From NCBI GenBank assembly GCA_003533405.1, contig DQDL01000118.1:12251-51379 (forward strand): a DNA stretch of 39,129 bases. The letters run 5' to 3'. Shown here in pieces: positions 1 through 8,221 of the stretch; the stretch's first letter is position 1; every line of letters starts with the position of its first letter. The position numbers were made by a program, and so were the translations under genes. Under the pieces are notes generated by a model that ran no database searches, was not told the DNA's origin, and saw only the letters and a program-made list of their open reading frames with translations. The DNA comes from Clostridiales bacterium. GTDB lineage: Bacteria > Bacillota > Clostridia > Oscillospirales > Oscillospiraceae.

Positions 1-65
1 AGACATGCGAGATTTAGGTTCTCGTGCTGAGAGGCGTGCAGGTTCGACCCCTGTTACCCGCACCA
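1..65 (+). tRNA. 3' portion of tRNA-Leu (anticodon UAG); 5' end lies outside the window
   Basis: Anticodon stem cgaga/tctcg (8-12/20-24) encloses the 7-nt loop tttaggt, with TAG at 15-17. A long variable arm follows. The T-arm is gcagg-ttcgacc-cctgt (38-54), then the acceptor 3' strand tacccgc, discriminator A and encoded CCA ending at 65. This resembles class II Leu tRNAs of Firmicutes (...CACCCGCACCA). Confidence 0.7.
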
Positions 66-70
66 AGCTA

Positions 71-112
71 AAAGCTGCATTTCAGATAAATAACTGAGAT
101 GCGGCTTTTTTG
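71..112 (+). terminator. Rho-independent terminator after the tRNA
   Basis: Imperfect inverted repeat aaagctgcatttcag / ctgagatgcggcttt, followed by a T-run (105-112). Confidence 0.55.
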
Positions 113-220
113 TTAGCCCCCATAATAAACCGATAAACCGCCATCATTTTTATCGCAGAGGTGATTTGTATAATTTTGGTCATCTGCAGCATAGCACACT
201 GCAAATAGCAAGAGCTTTGC

Positions 221-249
221 TTGACTATTTACGAAAAAGCAGGTAGACT
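221..249 (+). promoter_or_regulatory. Candidate sigma-A promoter for malQ
   Basis: TTGACT (221-226), 17-nt spacer, TAGACT (244-249). A short GC hairpin gcgca-gct-tgcgc plus T6 (258-276) lies in the leader. Confidence 0.3.
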
Positions 250-300
250 GTGGTTGCGCAGCTTGCGCTTTTTTACTATTCAAGTTTATGAGGTTTTACC

Positions 301-1791
301 ATGGAAAGAAGCTGCGGCATTTTGCTGCATTTATCGTCGCTGCCCTCCCCCTACGGCCTCGGGACTATGGGCAGGGCTGCATATGAGTTTGTGGATTTTC
401 TTAATAAGGCCGGTCAGAGCCTCTGGCAGCTGCTCCCGCTCGGGCCTACAAGCTGCGGCGACTCGCCGTATCAAAGCTTTTCGAGCTTTGCGGGAAACCC
501 GTATTTCATTGATCTTGACACGCTCGTCGAGGACGGTCTGCTGAAAAAAAGCGAGCTTGACGGTATCGATTGGGGCGCAGATCCCGAGTTTGTGGATTAC
601 GGGAAAATTTACGCAAATCGCTTTAAGGTCTTAAAAATTGCCGCCGAACGTGGGATCGAACGAGATAAGGCGGAGCTTGAAAGGTTCGTGAGCGATAATC
701 GCTCTTGGCTGCCCGACTACGCCCTGTTCATGGCGCTCAAGCGGCATTTCGGCATGAAGGCTTGGTTTGACTGGCCGGACGAGGAGATACGCCTGCACAA
801 GCCCGAGGCGGTCGAACGATACGCCGAGCTTTTGCACGAGGATGTTCGGTTTTTTGAATACATTCAGTTTCTGTTTTTCAAGCAGTGGGACGCTTTACAT
901 AAATACGCAAAGGCACACGGTGTTAAGATAATCGGCGATATGCCCATTTATGTTGCCATGGATTCCGCCGATGTGTGGGCAAGTCCCGAGTTCTTTTTGC
1001 TGGACGAGAAAAATGTCCCCGTCGAGGTCGCAGGCGTGCCGCCGGACTATTTCAGCAAGGACGGGCAGCTTTGGGGCAACCCCTTGTACGATTTTGACGC
1101 CATGCGCCGTGACGGCTACGGCTGGTGGATACGCCGTGTTGACGGTGCGTCAAAGCTCTGCGACATTCTGCGCATTGACCACTTCCGTGGCTTTGAAAGC
1201 TTTTGGGCAGTGCCGTTTGATGCAGAGACCGCCAAGGTCGGGCACTGGGTCAAGGGTCCGGGCATGGATCTTGTCGGCAGGCTCACGAGCTGGTTTTCGG
1301 AGCTTGGATTCATTGCGGAGGATCTCGGGCTTCTCACACCCGAGGTGCACGAGCTTTTGGAGCAGTCAAAATTGCCGGGCATGAAGGTGCTGGAGTTTGC
1401 GTTTGACCCCACCGAGCCGAGCAATTACCTGCCGCATAATTACACGCAAAACTGCGTCTGCTATGTCGGCACACACGATAATGCCCCAGTCATGGCGTGG
1501 CGGGATGAGGCGGATGCGGCGGAGGTCGAGTTTGCCGAGCGCTACCTTGCCCTCGGCGATGCCGAGGGCTTTAACTGGGGCATGATAAGGGGCGGCATGA
1601 GTTCCGTTGCATCGATGTTCATTGCGCAGATGCAGGACTTTCTCGCCCTTGGCGCCGACGCAAGAATGAACACTCCCGGCACGCAGTTCGGCAACTGGCG
1701 CTGGCGATTAAAGTCCAATGAGCTTACCCCTGAGCTTGCGGCAAAGCTTCTTGATATGGCAAAAATGTATGGCAGATATTCTGCCGAATAA
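301..1791 (+). CDS. malQ: 4-alpha-glucanotransferase (amylomaltase, GH77)
   Basis: 496-aa ORF. The N-terminus CGILLHLSSLPSPYGLG and the motifs IGDMPIYV, LRIDHFRGF, IAEDLG and GTHDN are typical GH77 catalytic blocks. A GAGG RBS lies upstream. Confidence 0.9.
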   Translation: MERSCGILLHLSSLPSPYGLGTMGRAAYEFVDFLNKAGQSLWQLLPLGPTSCGDSPYQSFSSFAGNPYFIDLDTLVEDGLLKKSELDGIDWGADPEFVDYGKIYANRFKVLKIAAERGIERDKAELERFVSDNRSWLPDYALFMALKRHFGMKAWFDWPDEEIRLHKPEAVERYAELLHEDVRFFEYIQFLFFKQWDALHKYAKAHGVKIIGDMPIYVAMDSADVWASPEFFLLDEKNVPVEVAGVPPDYFSKDGQLWGNPLYDFDAMRRDGYGWWIRRVDGASKLCDILRIDHFRGFESFWAVPFDAETAKVGHWVKGPGMDLVGRLTSWFSELGFIAEDLGLLTPEVHELLEQSKLPGMKVLEFAFDPTEPSNYLPHNYTQNCVCYVGTHDNAPVMAWRDEADAAEVEFAERYLALGDAEGFNWGMIRGGMSSVASMFIAQMQDFLALGADARMNTPGTQFGNWRWRLKSNELTPELAAKLLDMAKMYGRYSAE

Positions 1792-2422
1792 ATTACGAAA
1801 GGTTTTGTTAGAATTGATACCCAAGTTAAAACCCAAAAGCTGCGCATTTGCACTGCTCGGCAGCGCTATACTCGCCTTTGGGCTTTACAATGTCCACTCG
1901 TTTTCCGGTGTCACCGAGGGCGGTGTGCTGGGTCTGACGCTGCTGCTGCACCACTGGTTCGGCATCTCGCCGTCGGTCTCGGGATTTATTCTCAACGCCG
2001 CCTGCTACATAATCGGCTTTAAGGTGCTGGGCAAGCAGTTTATTGCATATTCCGTCGTTGCCGGAGGCGGATTTTCGCTGTTTTATGCGATATTTGAGCG
2101 CTTTGACCCCATATGGCCGGGGATAGCCAACTACCCGCTCGCCGCTGCGATACTCGGTGCGCTGTTTGTCGGCGTGGGTGTCGGACTGTGCGTCAGAATA
2201 GGCTCTGCCCCCACGGGCGACGATGCGCTTGCAATGTCGGCTGCGGCAAAGTTCAAGATAGGCATTCAGTGGGTGTACCTGACAACGGATTTTATCGTCC
2301 TTGCGCTGTCTGTATCTTACATCCCGCTCAAGCGCCTTGCCTATTCCTTGCTGACGGTTCTGCTCTCAGGGCAGCTCATCGGCTTTATTGAAAAATTTGA
2401 TTTTAAAAAAATCAGGGTCTAG
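1769..2422 (+). CDS. YitT/YczE-like polytopic membrane protein
   Basis: The ORF track gives 1718-2422. I prefer the ATG at 1769 (MADILPN...), which overlaps the malQ end by 23 nt. About 6 hydrophobic segments. The Gly-rich motifs SGVTEGGVLGL and GSAPTGDDALAMS resemble the duplicated YitT-type module. Family call is from memory only. Confidence 0.5.
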   Translation: MADILPNKLRKVLLELIPKLKPKSCAFALLGSAILAFGLYNVHSFSGVTEGGVLGLTLLLHHWFGISPSVSGFILNAACYIIGFKVLGKQFIAYSVVAGGGFSLFYAIFERFDPIWPGIANYPLAAAILGALFVGVGVGLCVRIGSAPTGDDALAMSAAAKFKIGIQWVYLTTDFIVLALSVSYIPLKRLAYSLLTVLLSGQLIGFIEKFDFKKIRV

Positions 2423-2445
2423 CTGAGCTAGATCCTGATTTTTCT
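2405..2445. terminator. Bidirectional terminator shared by convergent genes
   Basis: aaaaaaatcagggtctagc-tg-agctagatcctgattttt. A-run and T-run flanks. Both stop codons (TAG 2420-2422 on +; TAG complement at 2428-2430) sit inside the stem. Confidence 0.55.
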
Positions 2446-2991
2446 TGCCTGTAAAAGCGTTTCATCCTCGGCATCGTGGCTTACGAATACAAGCGTTTTG
2501 CCTTGTGTGTGGCGCTTTATATATTCTATTGTTTTGAGCTTGGTGTCTCGGTCAAGGCCGGTGAAGGGCTCATCGAAAAACACGGTATCTGCATTGCACA
2601 CGACCGCCCTTACTATCGCAACTCTGCGACGCATGCCGCCGGATAACTGCAACACGGGCTTGTTTGCGCTGTCGGCAAGTCCCACCTCGGCAAGGTGACC
2701 TAAAATCGTCTCCTTTGAAACGCCGCGGGGTGCGGTCATTTTCACGCAGACATAGGGTGTGAACTCGCTCGGCAGCCTGTCCTCCTGAAACACGGCGGCT
2801 ATCGACTTGCAGGTGTTAAGCAGCTCGCCGGAATCCGGCGATGTGAGCCCCATCATGATGCGCAGAAGCGTTGTTTTGCCTCTGCCGGAGGCGCCGGTTA
2901 TGAGGACTGTCTCGCCTTTTTCTATCTTGATGCTTACATCGTGCAGAACGGTCTTGCCGTCAAAGCCTTTGCATATGTTTTTAAGCTCCAT
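2428..2991 (-). CDS. ABC transporter ATP-binding protein (compact 187-aa NBD, NitT/TauT-like)
   Basis: Walker A GASGRGKTT, Q-loop VFQEDRL, signature LSGGMRRR, Walker B VFFDEPF, H-loop VFVSHD. Overlaps the permease stop by 1 nt. Confidence 0.85.
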   Translation of the reverse strand: MELKNICKGFDGKTVLHDVSIKIEKGETVLITGASGRGKTTLLRIMMGLTSPDSGELLNTCKSIAAVFQEDRLPSEFTPYVCVKMTAPRGVSKETILGHLAEVGLADSANKPVLQLSGGMRRRVAIVRAVVCNADTVFFDEPFTGLDRDTKLKTIEYIKRHTQGKTLVFVSHDAEDETLLQARKIRI

Positions 2992-3749
2992 CAGCCACGC
3001 TCCAATCTGCCGTACAGCGCTCTGAGTCCAATCATGAACAGCTTTTCAAAAAGGACGCTTATAATTACGATTATGACGGTCCAGCACAAAAGGTCGTCCG
3101 TGTCGAGGTATATCTTCGAGTAGAACAGCTGCTTGCCTATCGACCCATCGGGCGTGCCGATTATCTCCGCCGCTACACCGGCTTTCCACGCCATGCCGAG
3201 CGCTGTTGCGCACGCCGACATCAGAAACGGCTTTAGCTGCGGCAGGTGGATGTACAGCACCTTGCGCAAGGGCGGCATTTTAAACACCGTGCCGACCTCG
3301 AGCATGAGCTTATCCTCGCTTTTGAGCCCTTCGAGCACATTGCCGTAGACGACCGGCAGCACGATGAGGAACGATATGAAAACCGAGAGGTTTTCAGCCG
3401 AGAGCCAGATAAGGCAGATGACGACGAACGACGCCACCGGCACCGTCTTTATCGTGACGAGAAACGGCCACAGCAGCGTTTCGACCCAGCGAAAGCGCCC
3501 AGCCAGCGCAGCAAGCGTGATGCCGAGCGCAAGCGCTATGAAGAAGCCGCCCGCTATGTGGTAAAAGCTGAACCAAATGGACGACCAAAAGCCCTCGGCC
3601 TGCCATATGGTCGTGAGCCTTACGGCGACATCTATAGGCGAGACGAGCAAAATGCGGCTGTTTACGGTCATGGCCGCCATCTGCCAAAGGGCGAGAGCGA
3701 ACACGACCGCAAGAGCCTTGCCTAATTTGCCGACGGGCTTACGCTCCAT
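2991..3749 (-). CDS. ABC transporter permease (NitT/TauT/SsuC-like)
   Basis: 252 aa with about 6 TM segments and a binding-protein-dependent transport signature region (ALGMAWKAGVAAEIIG). Overlaps the SBP gene end by 11 nt. Confidence 0.8.
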   Translation of the reverse strand: MERKPVGKLGKALAVVFALALWQMAAMTVNSRILLVSPIDVAVRLTTIWQAEGFWSSIWFSFYHIAGGFFIALALGITLAALAGRFRWVETLLWPFLVTIKTVPVASFVVICLIWLSAENLSVFISFLIVLPVVYGNVLEGLKSEDKLMLEVGTVFKMPPLRKVLYIHLPQLKPFLMSACATALGMAWKAGVAAEIIGTPDGSIGKQLFYSKIYLDTDDLLCWTVIIVIISVLFEKLFMIGLRALYGRLERG

Positions 3750-4722
3750 AGTAGAAGTCGGCTCCGGGCAGCTTGCCGCCTATTGCCTTGGGGTTCATGT
3801 CATTGAGGACGGAAAGGTAGCTTTCCATGTCGGTCTTCATCTCGGCGCCGGTGATGAAGGTGATGTTGCAGTAAGGCAGCGCCTTCTTGGCGATGGGTGC
3901 TTTGACTATCTCGTAATTGCCGATGAGCGCTGCTGCGTTCTCGGTGTTCTCCTGCACATATTTTACCGAAGCTTCATACTCCTGCATGAACTTTTCAAGC
4001 TGCTGGGGGTACTTCTCGGCAAACTCACTGCGGCAAACGACAACGCCGGTGACCATGGCAGAGCCGTTATCGAGCTTTGCCCACTCATCGTTAAGGCTCA
4101 GTGCGACACGCAGGCCGTTGACCTTTGCCTGTGCTGCGGTGACGAACGGCTGCGGCAGCATTGCGATGGCGTTTTCGTCCGAGGAGATGTAGGACAGAGC
4201 CTCGGTGGTGTCGGCGCACCACTGGATATTAGGTGCATTCTCGCCGTCAAGGCTGTTTTCCTTGAGAAGATAACGGAGCGCATACTCGGGTGCTGCGCCC
4301 TCGCCTGTGGCGTACAGGGTCTTGCCGGAGAGATCGGACAGGCTCTTTACGCTGTCGCCACGCTCGACGATATAGAGAACGCCGAGGGTGTTGATGGCAA
4401 GGAGCTTCACGCCGCCATCGGTATTGTTGTAAATGACCGAAGCAAGGTTTGCCGGGACGGCTGCTATATCTATCTCGCCCTTTGCAAGAGCTGCAACGAA
4501 TGCCGAAGCCTCGCTCTTGAGCTCAAACTCGTACTTGTTGGCGCTGGTGCCCTTGTCGCTGTCGTCCATGAACTTGACCATGCCCATGGCGGTGGGACCC
4601 GTGAGTGCGCCGACCTTTATAGTCGTGACCTCCTCGGTGGGCTGGGGCTCATCAGCCGTGCAGCCTGCGACCACGCACAGCAGCATGCAAACTGCCAGCA
4701 GAAAACATACAAACTTTTTCAT
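3739..4722 (-). CDS. ABC transporter substrate-binding lipoprotein (NMT1/THI5 or SsuA-like)
   Basis: Signal peptide plus lipobox (LLCVVAGC). 327 aa periplasmic-binding-protein-like sequence. First structural gene of the transporter operon. Confidence 0.7.
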   Translation of the reverse strand: MKKFVCFLLAVCMLLCVVAGCTADEPQPTEEVTTIKVGALTGPTAMGMVKFMDDSDKGTSANKYEFELKSEASAFVAALAKGEIDIAAVPANLASVIYNNTDGGVKLLAINTLGVLYIVERGDSVKSLSDLSGKTLYATGEGAAPEYALRYLLKENSLDGENAPNIQWCADTTEALSYISSDENAIAMLPQPFVTAAQAKVNGLRVALSLNDEWAKLDNGSAMVTGVVVCRSEFAEKYPQQLEKFMQEYEASVKYVQENTENAAALIGNYEIVKAPIAKKALPYCNITFITGAEMKTDMESYLSVLNDMNPKAIGGKLPGADFYYGA

Positions 4723-4737
4723 CTTTTTGCCTTCCTT

Positions 4738-5418
4738 TTATAAATTTTTTAATAATTCTGCATTGTTGATGCAGACTAGTTTACCCTGTTTTGAGACCGC
4801 TCCGCTCGCCGTAAGCTCGTCAAAGGCACGGTACAGCGAGGCTCGTGACATGTTGAGCGCATCGGCAAGGCGATGCATGGTCATGGGCATTTCGGAAAAT
4901 TCGCCCACGGCGAGGTTATCCAAAAGAAAGCCCGCCAAACGCTGCTCCGCCGTTCCGGCAGTTAAGAAATATATCTTCCTATTTAAAAACAAAATGCGCT
5001 CGGATAGATAGCGTATATAATTTTCCGCAATTTCCGGCTCACGCTCGATCATGCGCTTAATGAGCCGCTGCGGCAGGAAAAGAACACGGCTGTGCTCAAT
5101 GGCGGTTATCTTCGTTGCATACTCCGGCTCACTGTTAAAAAGTGCCGCTGCGCCGAACATTGCGCCCCTTTGCAGTGTGCTCATGACGATAGACCGCTTA
5201 TCTGCGTTTTCCTTCGTGACCCGAAGTCTGCCCTCGAGCACTATGCCGAGGCTGCGGGAAAAGTTAGTTTTGTCGTAGACGACCTCGTTTTTTTCATACG
5301 CCGCCGCAGTACAGTCGGACACGGCAAGTATCCTCGTGAGCACGCCCGGCGGCGAGCCTCGGAAAAGCTCGGTCTTTAAGACAAGCTCCGTTTCGGTTCC
5401 ATTAAGCTTCATTTTCAC
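4738..5418 (-). CDS. Crp/Fnr family transcriptional regulator
   Basis: 226 aa. N-terminal cNMP-binding beta-barrel pattern (GAMFGAAALF). C-terminal HTH (LADALNMSRASLYRAFDEL). Lies 15 nt upstream of the SBP gene on the same strand. Confidence 0.85.
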   Translation of the reverse strand: MKMKLNGTETELVLKTELFRGSPPGVLTRILAVSDCTAAAYEKNEVVYDKTNFSRSLGIVLEGRLRVTKENADKRSIVMSTLQRGAMFGAAALFNSEPEYATKITAIEHSRVLFLPQRLIKRMIEREPEIAENYIRYLSERILFLNRKIYFLTAGTAEQRLAGFLLDNLAVGEFSEMPMTMHRLADALNMSRASLYRAFDELTASGAVSKQGKLVCINNAELLKNL

Positions 5419-5423
5419 ACCTC

Positions 5424-5447
5424 AAAATGTCTCATGTGAGACATTTT
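5424..5447. promoter_or_regulatory. Perfect 11-bp inverted repeat (2-nt spacer) immediately upstream of the crp/fnr RBS
   Basis: aaaatgtctca-tg-tgagacatttt. Lies 6-29 nt upstream of the ATG at 5418 (minus strand), next to the GAGGTG RBS. Confidence 0.5.
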
Positions 5448-5709
5448 TCTGCTTTTGATTATACTCATCCGGCGTTTAAAGTCAAGCAAATTTTAATTAT
5501 CCGTGAAGTGATTTTTTTAACTATTTTGGCTTGACACTTTTAAGGCGGAGTTCGGTTCATTGAAGTCAACAAATTTTCGTTCAAAATTTAGGCATATCAA
5601 CGATTTTTAATGCATTTGGTTTAGTATTACGGTGCAATTGTGTTTTACCTATCGGAGCATTTTTAACATTTTAGGTATTTCGTATTGTTGGGCAAAAAAA
5701 TAACTTTTC

Positions 5710-5738
5710 TTTACTTCAATAACATTTATCTTTATAAT
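5710..5738 (+). promoter_or_regulatory. Candidate sigma-A promoter of hydCBA
   Basis: TTTACT (5710-5715), 17-nt spacer, TATAAT (5733-5738), inside a 440-nt AT-rich divergent intergenic region. Confidence 0.35.
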
Positions 5739-5778
5739 AAGAAACAGCAAAGTGTGAAAGTGGATCAAAAAGTTAAGC

Positions 5779-5830
5779 TGACGGAAGCCAAGCTCTATCG
5801 TCTGTCGGTGCGCAAGTCCGGCTTCCGTCA
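5779..5830 (+). promoter_or_regulatory. Structured 5' leader hairpin upstream of hydC
   Basis: 11-bp stem tgacggaagcc (5779-5789) / ggcttccgtca (5820-5830) with a 30-nt loop and no U-tract. Ends about 15 nt before the GGAGGG RBS. Confidence 0.4.
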
Positions 5831-5860
5831 ACTCAAAAGTAAAATTGGAGGGATGATTAC

Positions 5861-6340
5861 ATGATTCAGGTCGATTTCAAGCTGATCGACAGCATACTCG
5901 AAAAGTATGAATGTCAAAAAACCAAGGTCATACCGATTATGCAGGACATCCAGAAGGAGTATAAGTTCCTGCCCAAGGATGCGCTGCTGTATGTGGCCGA
6001 CAAGGTTGGAGAGTCCCCTGCCGAGCTTTACGGCATCGCTACCTTCTATGAAAACTTTTCCATGAACGAGAAGGGCAAGTATGTCATAAAGGTCTGCAAC
6101 GGTACCGCCTGCCATGTCAGAAAGTCCGACGATGTGCAGGAGGCTCTTTATGAAGCCACCGGCATGAAGCCCGAGGATCACATGTCCGCCGACGGGCTGT
6201 TTACAATTGAGCGTGTTTCCTGTCTGGGTGCCTGCGGTCTTGCACCGGTCTGCACCGTCAACGATGTCGTTCACCCCAAGATGACGCCGGACAAAATGCG
6301 CCAGCTTATTTCTGATTTGAGGGAGGCCGAGCAATCATGA
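5861..6340 (+). CDS. hydC: [FeFe] hydrogenase subunit HydC (NuoE-like thioredoxin-fold 2Fe-2S protein)
   Basis: 159 aa. Cys pattern VCNGTACHV ... VSCLGACGLAP, typical of NuoE/HydC. GGAGGG RBS. Confidence 0.85.
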   Translation: MIQVDFKLIDSILEKYECQKTKVIPIMQDIQKEYKFLPKDALLYVADKVGESPAELYGIATFYENFSMNEKGKYVIKVCNGTACHVRKSDDVQEALYEATGMKPEDHMSADGLFTIERVSCLGACGLAPVCTVNDVVHPKMTPDKMRQLISDLREAEQS

Positions 6341-8217
6341 AGATAGGTTCAAGACAAGAACTCAGAGACTTCCGTGAAGTGTGCGAAAAGCGCCTTGCCT
6401 GCCAGTCCAAGCAGATACTCGTCTGCGGCGGCTCGGGCTGCGTTGCGGGCGGTTCTCTCGAGATATATGCAAGATTTAAAGAGATCATGGAGAGCAAGGG
6501 TCTCAAGGTCGATGTCGTTTTGCAGGATCATGTAGATCACGGCGATGCCGTCGGTCTTAAAAAGAGCGGATGCCACGGCTTTTGTGAAATGGGTCCTCTG
6601 GTCAGGATCGAGCCTGCCGGTATTCTGTACATAAAATGCAAGGCCGATGACTGCGAAGATATAGTCAACGAGACAATTCTAAACGACAATGTCGTTGACA
6701 GGCTCGTTTACCACGATAACGGCCGTTCCTACAACCGTCAGGAGGATATCCCCTTCTACAAGCAGCAGACCCGTGTTGCTCTTGAGCATTGCGGTCACAT
6801 AAACGCAGAAAGCATCGAGGAGTATATCGCCGTCGGCGGCTACTCGGCTCTCGAAAAGGCGATATTCGACATGACCCCCGATGAGGTCATCAACGAAGTA
6901 TCCGAGTCCGGTCTGCGCGGCCGCGGCGGTGCGGGCTTCCCCACCGGCAAGAAGTGGTCGCAGGTCGCTGCACACAAGGAAGCTCCCGTAAAGTACATCG
7001 TCTGCAACGGTGACGAGGGAGACCCCGGTGCATTCATGGATCGCTCCATTATGGAGGGCGACCCCCACAGGATGATCGAAGGTATGATAATCGCCGCCGT
7101 TGCCTGTGAGGCGACCGAGGGTTATATCTATGTCCGTGCAGAGTACCCTCTGGCAGTCAAGCGTTTGCAGAAGGCCATTGAGGACGCTGAGGCTGTCGGT
7201 ATCCTCGGCGACGATATAATGGGCTCGGGCAAGGCCTTCCACCTGCACATCAACATGGGCGCAGGCGCATTCGTCTGCGGCGAGGGCTCGGCTCTGACCG
7301 CTTCCATCGAAGGTCAGCGCGGCATGCCCCGCACAAAGCCCCCCAGAAGCGTCGATCAGGGTCTGTTTGCAGCTCCCACCTCGCTTAACAATGTCGAGAC
7401 CTTTGCGAATGTCCCCGTCATTATCGACAAGGGTGCAAAGTGGTATAAGTCCATTGGCACGGAGGGCAGCTCCGGCACGAAGGCGTTTGCCCTTACCGGC
7501 AACATAAAGCACACCGGCCTTATCGAGGTGCCCATGGGCACGACCCTGCGTGAGATAGTCTACAACATCGGCGGCGGCGTAAAGAGCGGCAACTTCAAGG
7601 CCGTTCAGATCGGCGGCCCGTCCGGCGGCTGCCTCACCGAGGAACACCTTGACCTGCCCCTCGACTTTGATTCCACCAAGAAGATAGGCGCAATTATCGG
7701 CTCGGGCGGTCTCGTCGTTATGGGCGACGACACCTGCATGGTCGAGATAGCCCGCTTCTTCATGAACTTCACAAAGAAGGAGTCCTGCGGCAAGTGCACC
7801 ACCTGCCGTGAGGGCATCCCCAAGATACAGGCGATACTCGAGCGCATCACCCACGGTCAGGGTACGATGGAGGATCTTGACATGCTGCAGGAGCTGTCGG
7901 CGGTAGTCAAAAGCTGCTCGCTGTGCGGCCTTGGCAAGACCGCAACGAATCCTGTCCTCAGCACCCTTAAATATTTCAAGAATGAATATGTTGCTCATGT
8001 TCAGGACAAAAAGTGCCCTGCCGGCGTTTGCCGCTCACTGTGTACAATGTGGATTGACCCCGAAAAGTGCATCGGCTGCACGAAGTGTGCCCGCAACTGT
8101 CCCGTCGGCGCTATCACCGGTCAGCTCAGAAAGCCGCACACAATCGATCCCGAGAAGTGCATCAAGTGCCGTGAGTGTAAAAACGGCTGCCCGAAGCATG
8201 CGATAAAGGAGGTTTGA
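6337..8217 (+). CDS. hydB: [FeFe] hydrogenase subunit HydB (NuoF-like NAD(H)/FMN-binding flavoprotein with extra Fe-S domains)
   Basis: 626 aa. GRGGAGFPTGKKW and CNGDEGDPGAF (NuoF FMN/NADH site), ESCGKCTTCREG (4Fe-4S), two C-terminal ferredoxin motifs CIGCTKCARNCP and CIKCRECKNGCP, and an N-terminal 2Fe-2S-like Cys cluster. 4-nt overlap with hydC. Confidence 0.9.
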   Translation: MKIGSRQELRDFREVCEKRLACQSKQILVCGGSGCVAGGSLEIYARFKEIMESKGLKVDVVLQDHVDHGDAVGLKKSGCHGFCEMGPLVRIEPAGILYIKCKADDCEDIVNETILNDNVVDRLVYHDNGRSYNRQEDIPFYKQQTRVALEHCGHINAESIEEYIAVGGYSALEKAIFDMTPDEVINEVSESGLRGRGGAGFPTGKKWSQVAAHKEAPVKYIVCNGDEGDPGAFMDRSIMEGDPHRMIEGMIIAAVACEATEGYIYVRAEYPLAVKRLQKAIEDAEAVGILGDDIMGSGKAFHLHINMGAGAFVCGEGSALTASIEGQRGMPRTKPPRSVDQGLFAAPTSLNNVETFANVPVIIDKGAKWYKSIGTEGSSGTKAFALTGNIKHTGLIEVPMGTTLREIVYNIGGGVKSGNFKAVQIGGPSGGCLTEEHLDLPLDFDSTKKIGAIIGSGGLVVMGDDTCMVEIARFFMNFTKKESCGKCTTCREGIPKIQAILERITHGQGTMEDLDMLQELSAVVKSCSLCGLGKTATNPVLSTLKYFKNEYVAHVQDKKCPAGVCRSLCTMWIDPEKCIGCTKCARNCPVGAITGQLRKPHTIDPEKCIKCRECKNGCPKHAIKEV

Positions 8218-8221
8218 AGAT

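Noticed and set aside
1-65. Possible tmRNA 3' end (tRNA-like TTCGA T-loop plus ACCA).
   Set aside because: The acceptor 3' strand tacccgc implies a 5' gcgggta without the G3:U70 Ala identity pair. A normal anticodon stem-loop with TAG and a class II variable arm are present, so tRNA-Leu is the better reading.
221-544. 107-aa + strand ORF overlapping the malQ start.
   Set aside because: It is out of frame with and mostly inside malQ, which has unambiguous GH77 motifs. Its 5' part coincides with the predicted malQ promoter and leader.
2428-2991. The ABC ATPase appears truncated (187 aa versus about 250 typical).
   Set aside because: All catalytic motifs (Walker A, Q-loop, signature, Walker B, H-loop) are present in order, and the gene is translationally coupled to the permease. 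It is probably a compact but intact NBD rather than a pseudogene.
5753-5769. CRP/FNR-like half-sites TGTGA-aagtgg-ATCAA in the hyd leader.
   Set aside because: The second half matches neither TCACA (spacing would be 7) nor forms a true palindrome with the first. It lies downstream of the predicted -10 box. This is too weak to call.
6679-7998. 439-aa minus-strand ORF antisense to hydB. Similar long antisense ORFs occur at 3577-4743 (+), 10769-11656 (-), 11879-13456 (-), 13749-14651 (-), 15843-17294 (-), 24216-24788 (-), 25365-25973 (-), 26211-27188 (-), 31028-31840 (+), 32451-33464 (+), 33701-34447 (+) and 35685-36239 (+).
   Set aside because: Each lies entirely opposite a gene with strong family motifs. 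Their translations are Ala/Gly/Arg/Val-rich and low-complexity, as expected for stop-poor antisense frames in high-GC DNA. None has an RBS or a recognisable motif.
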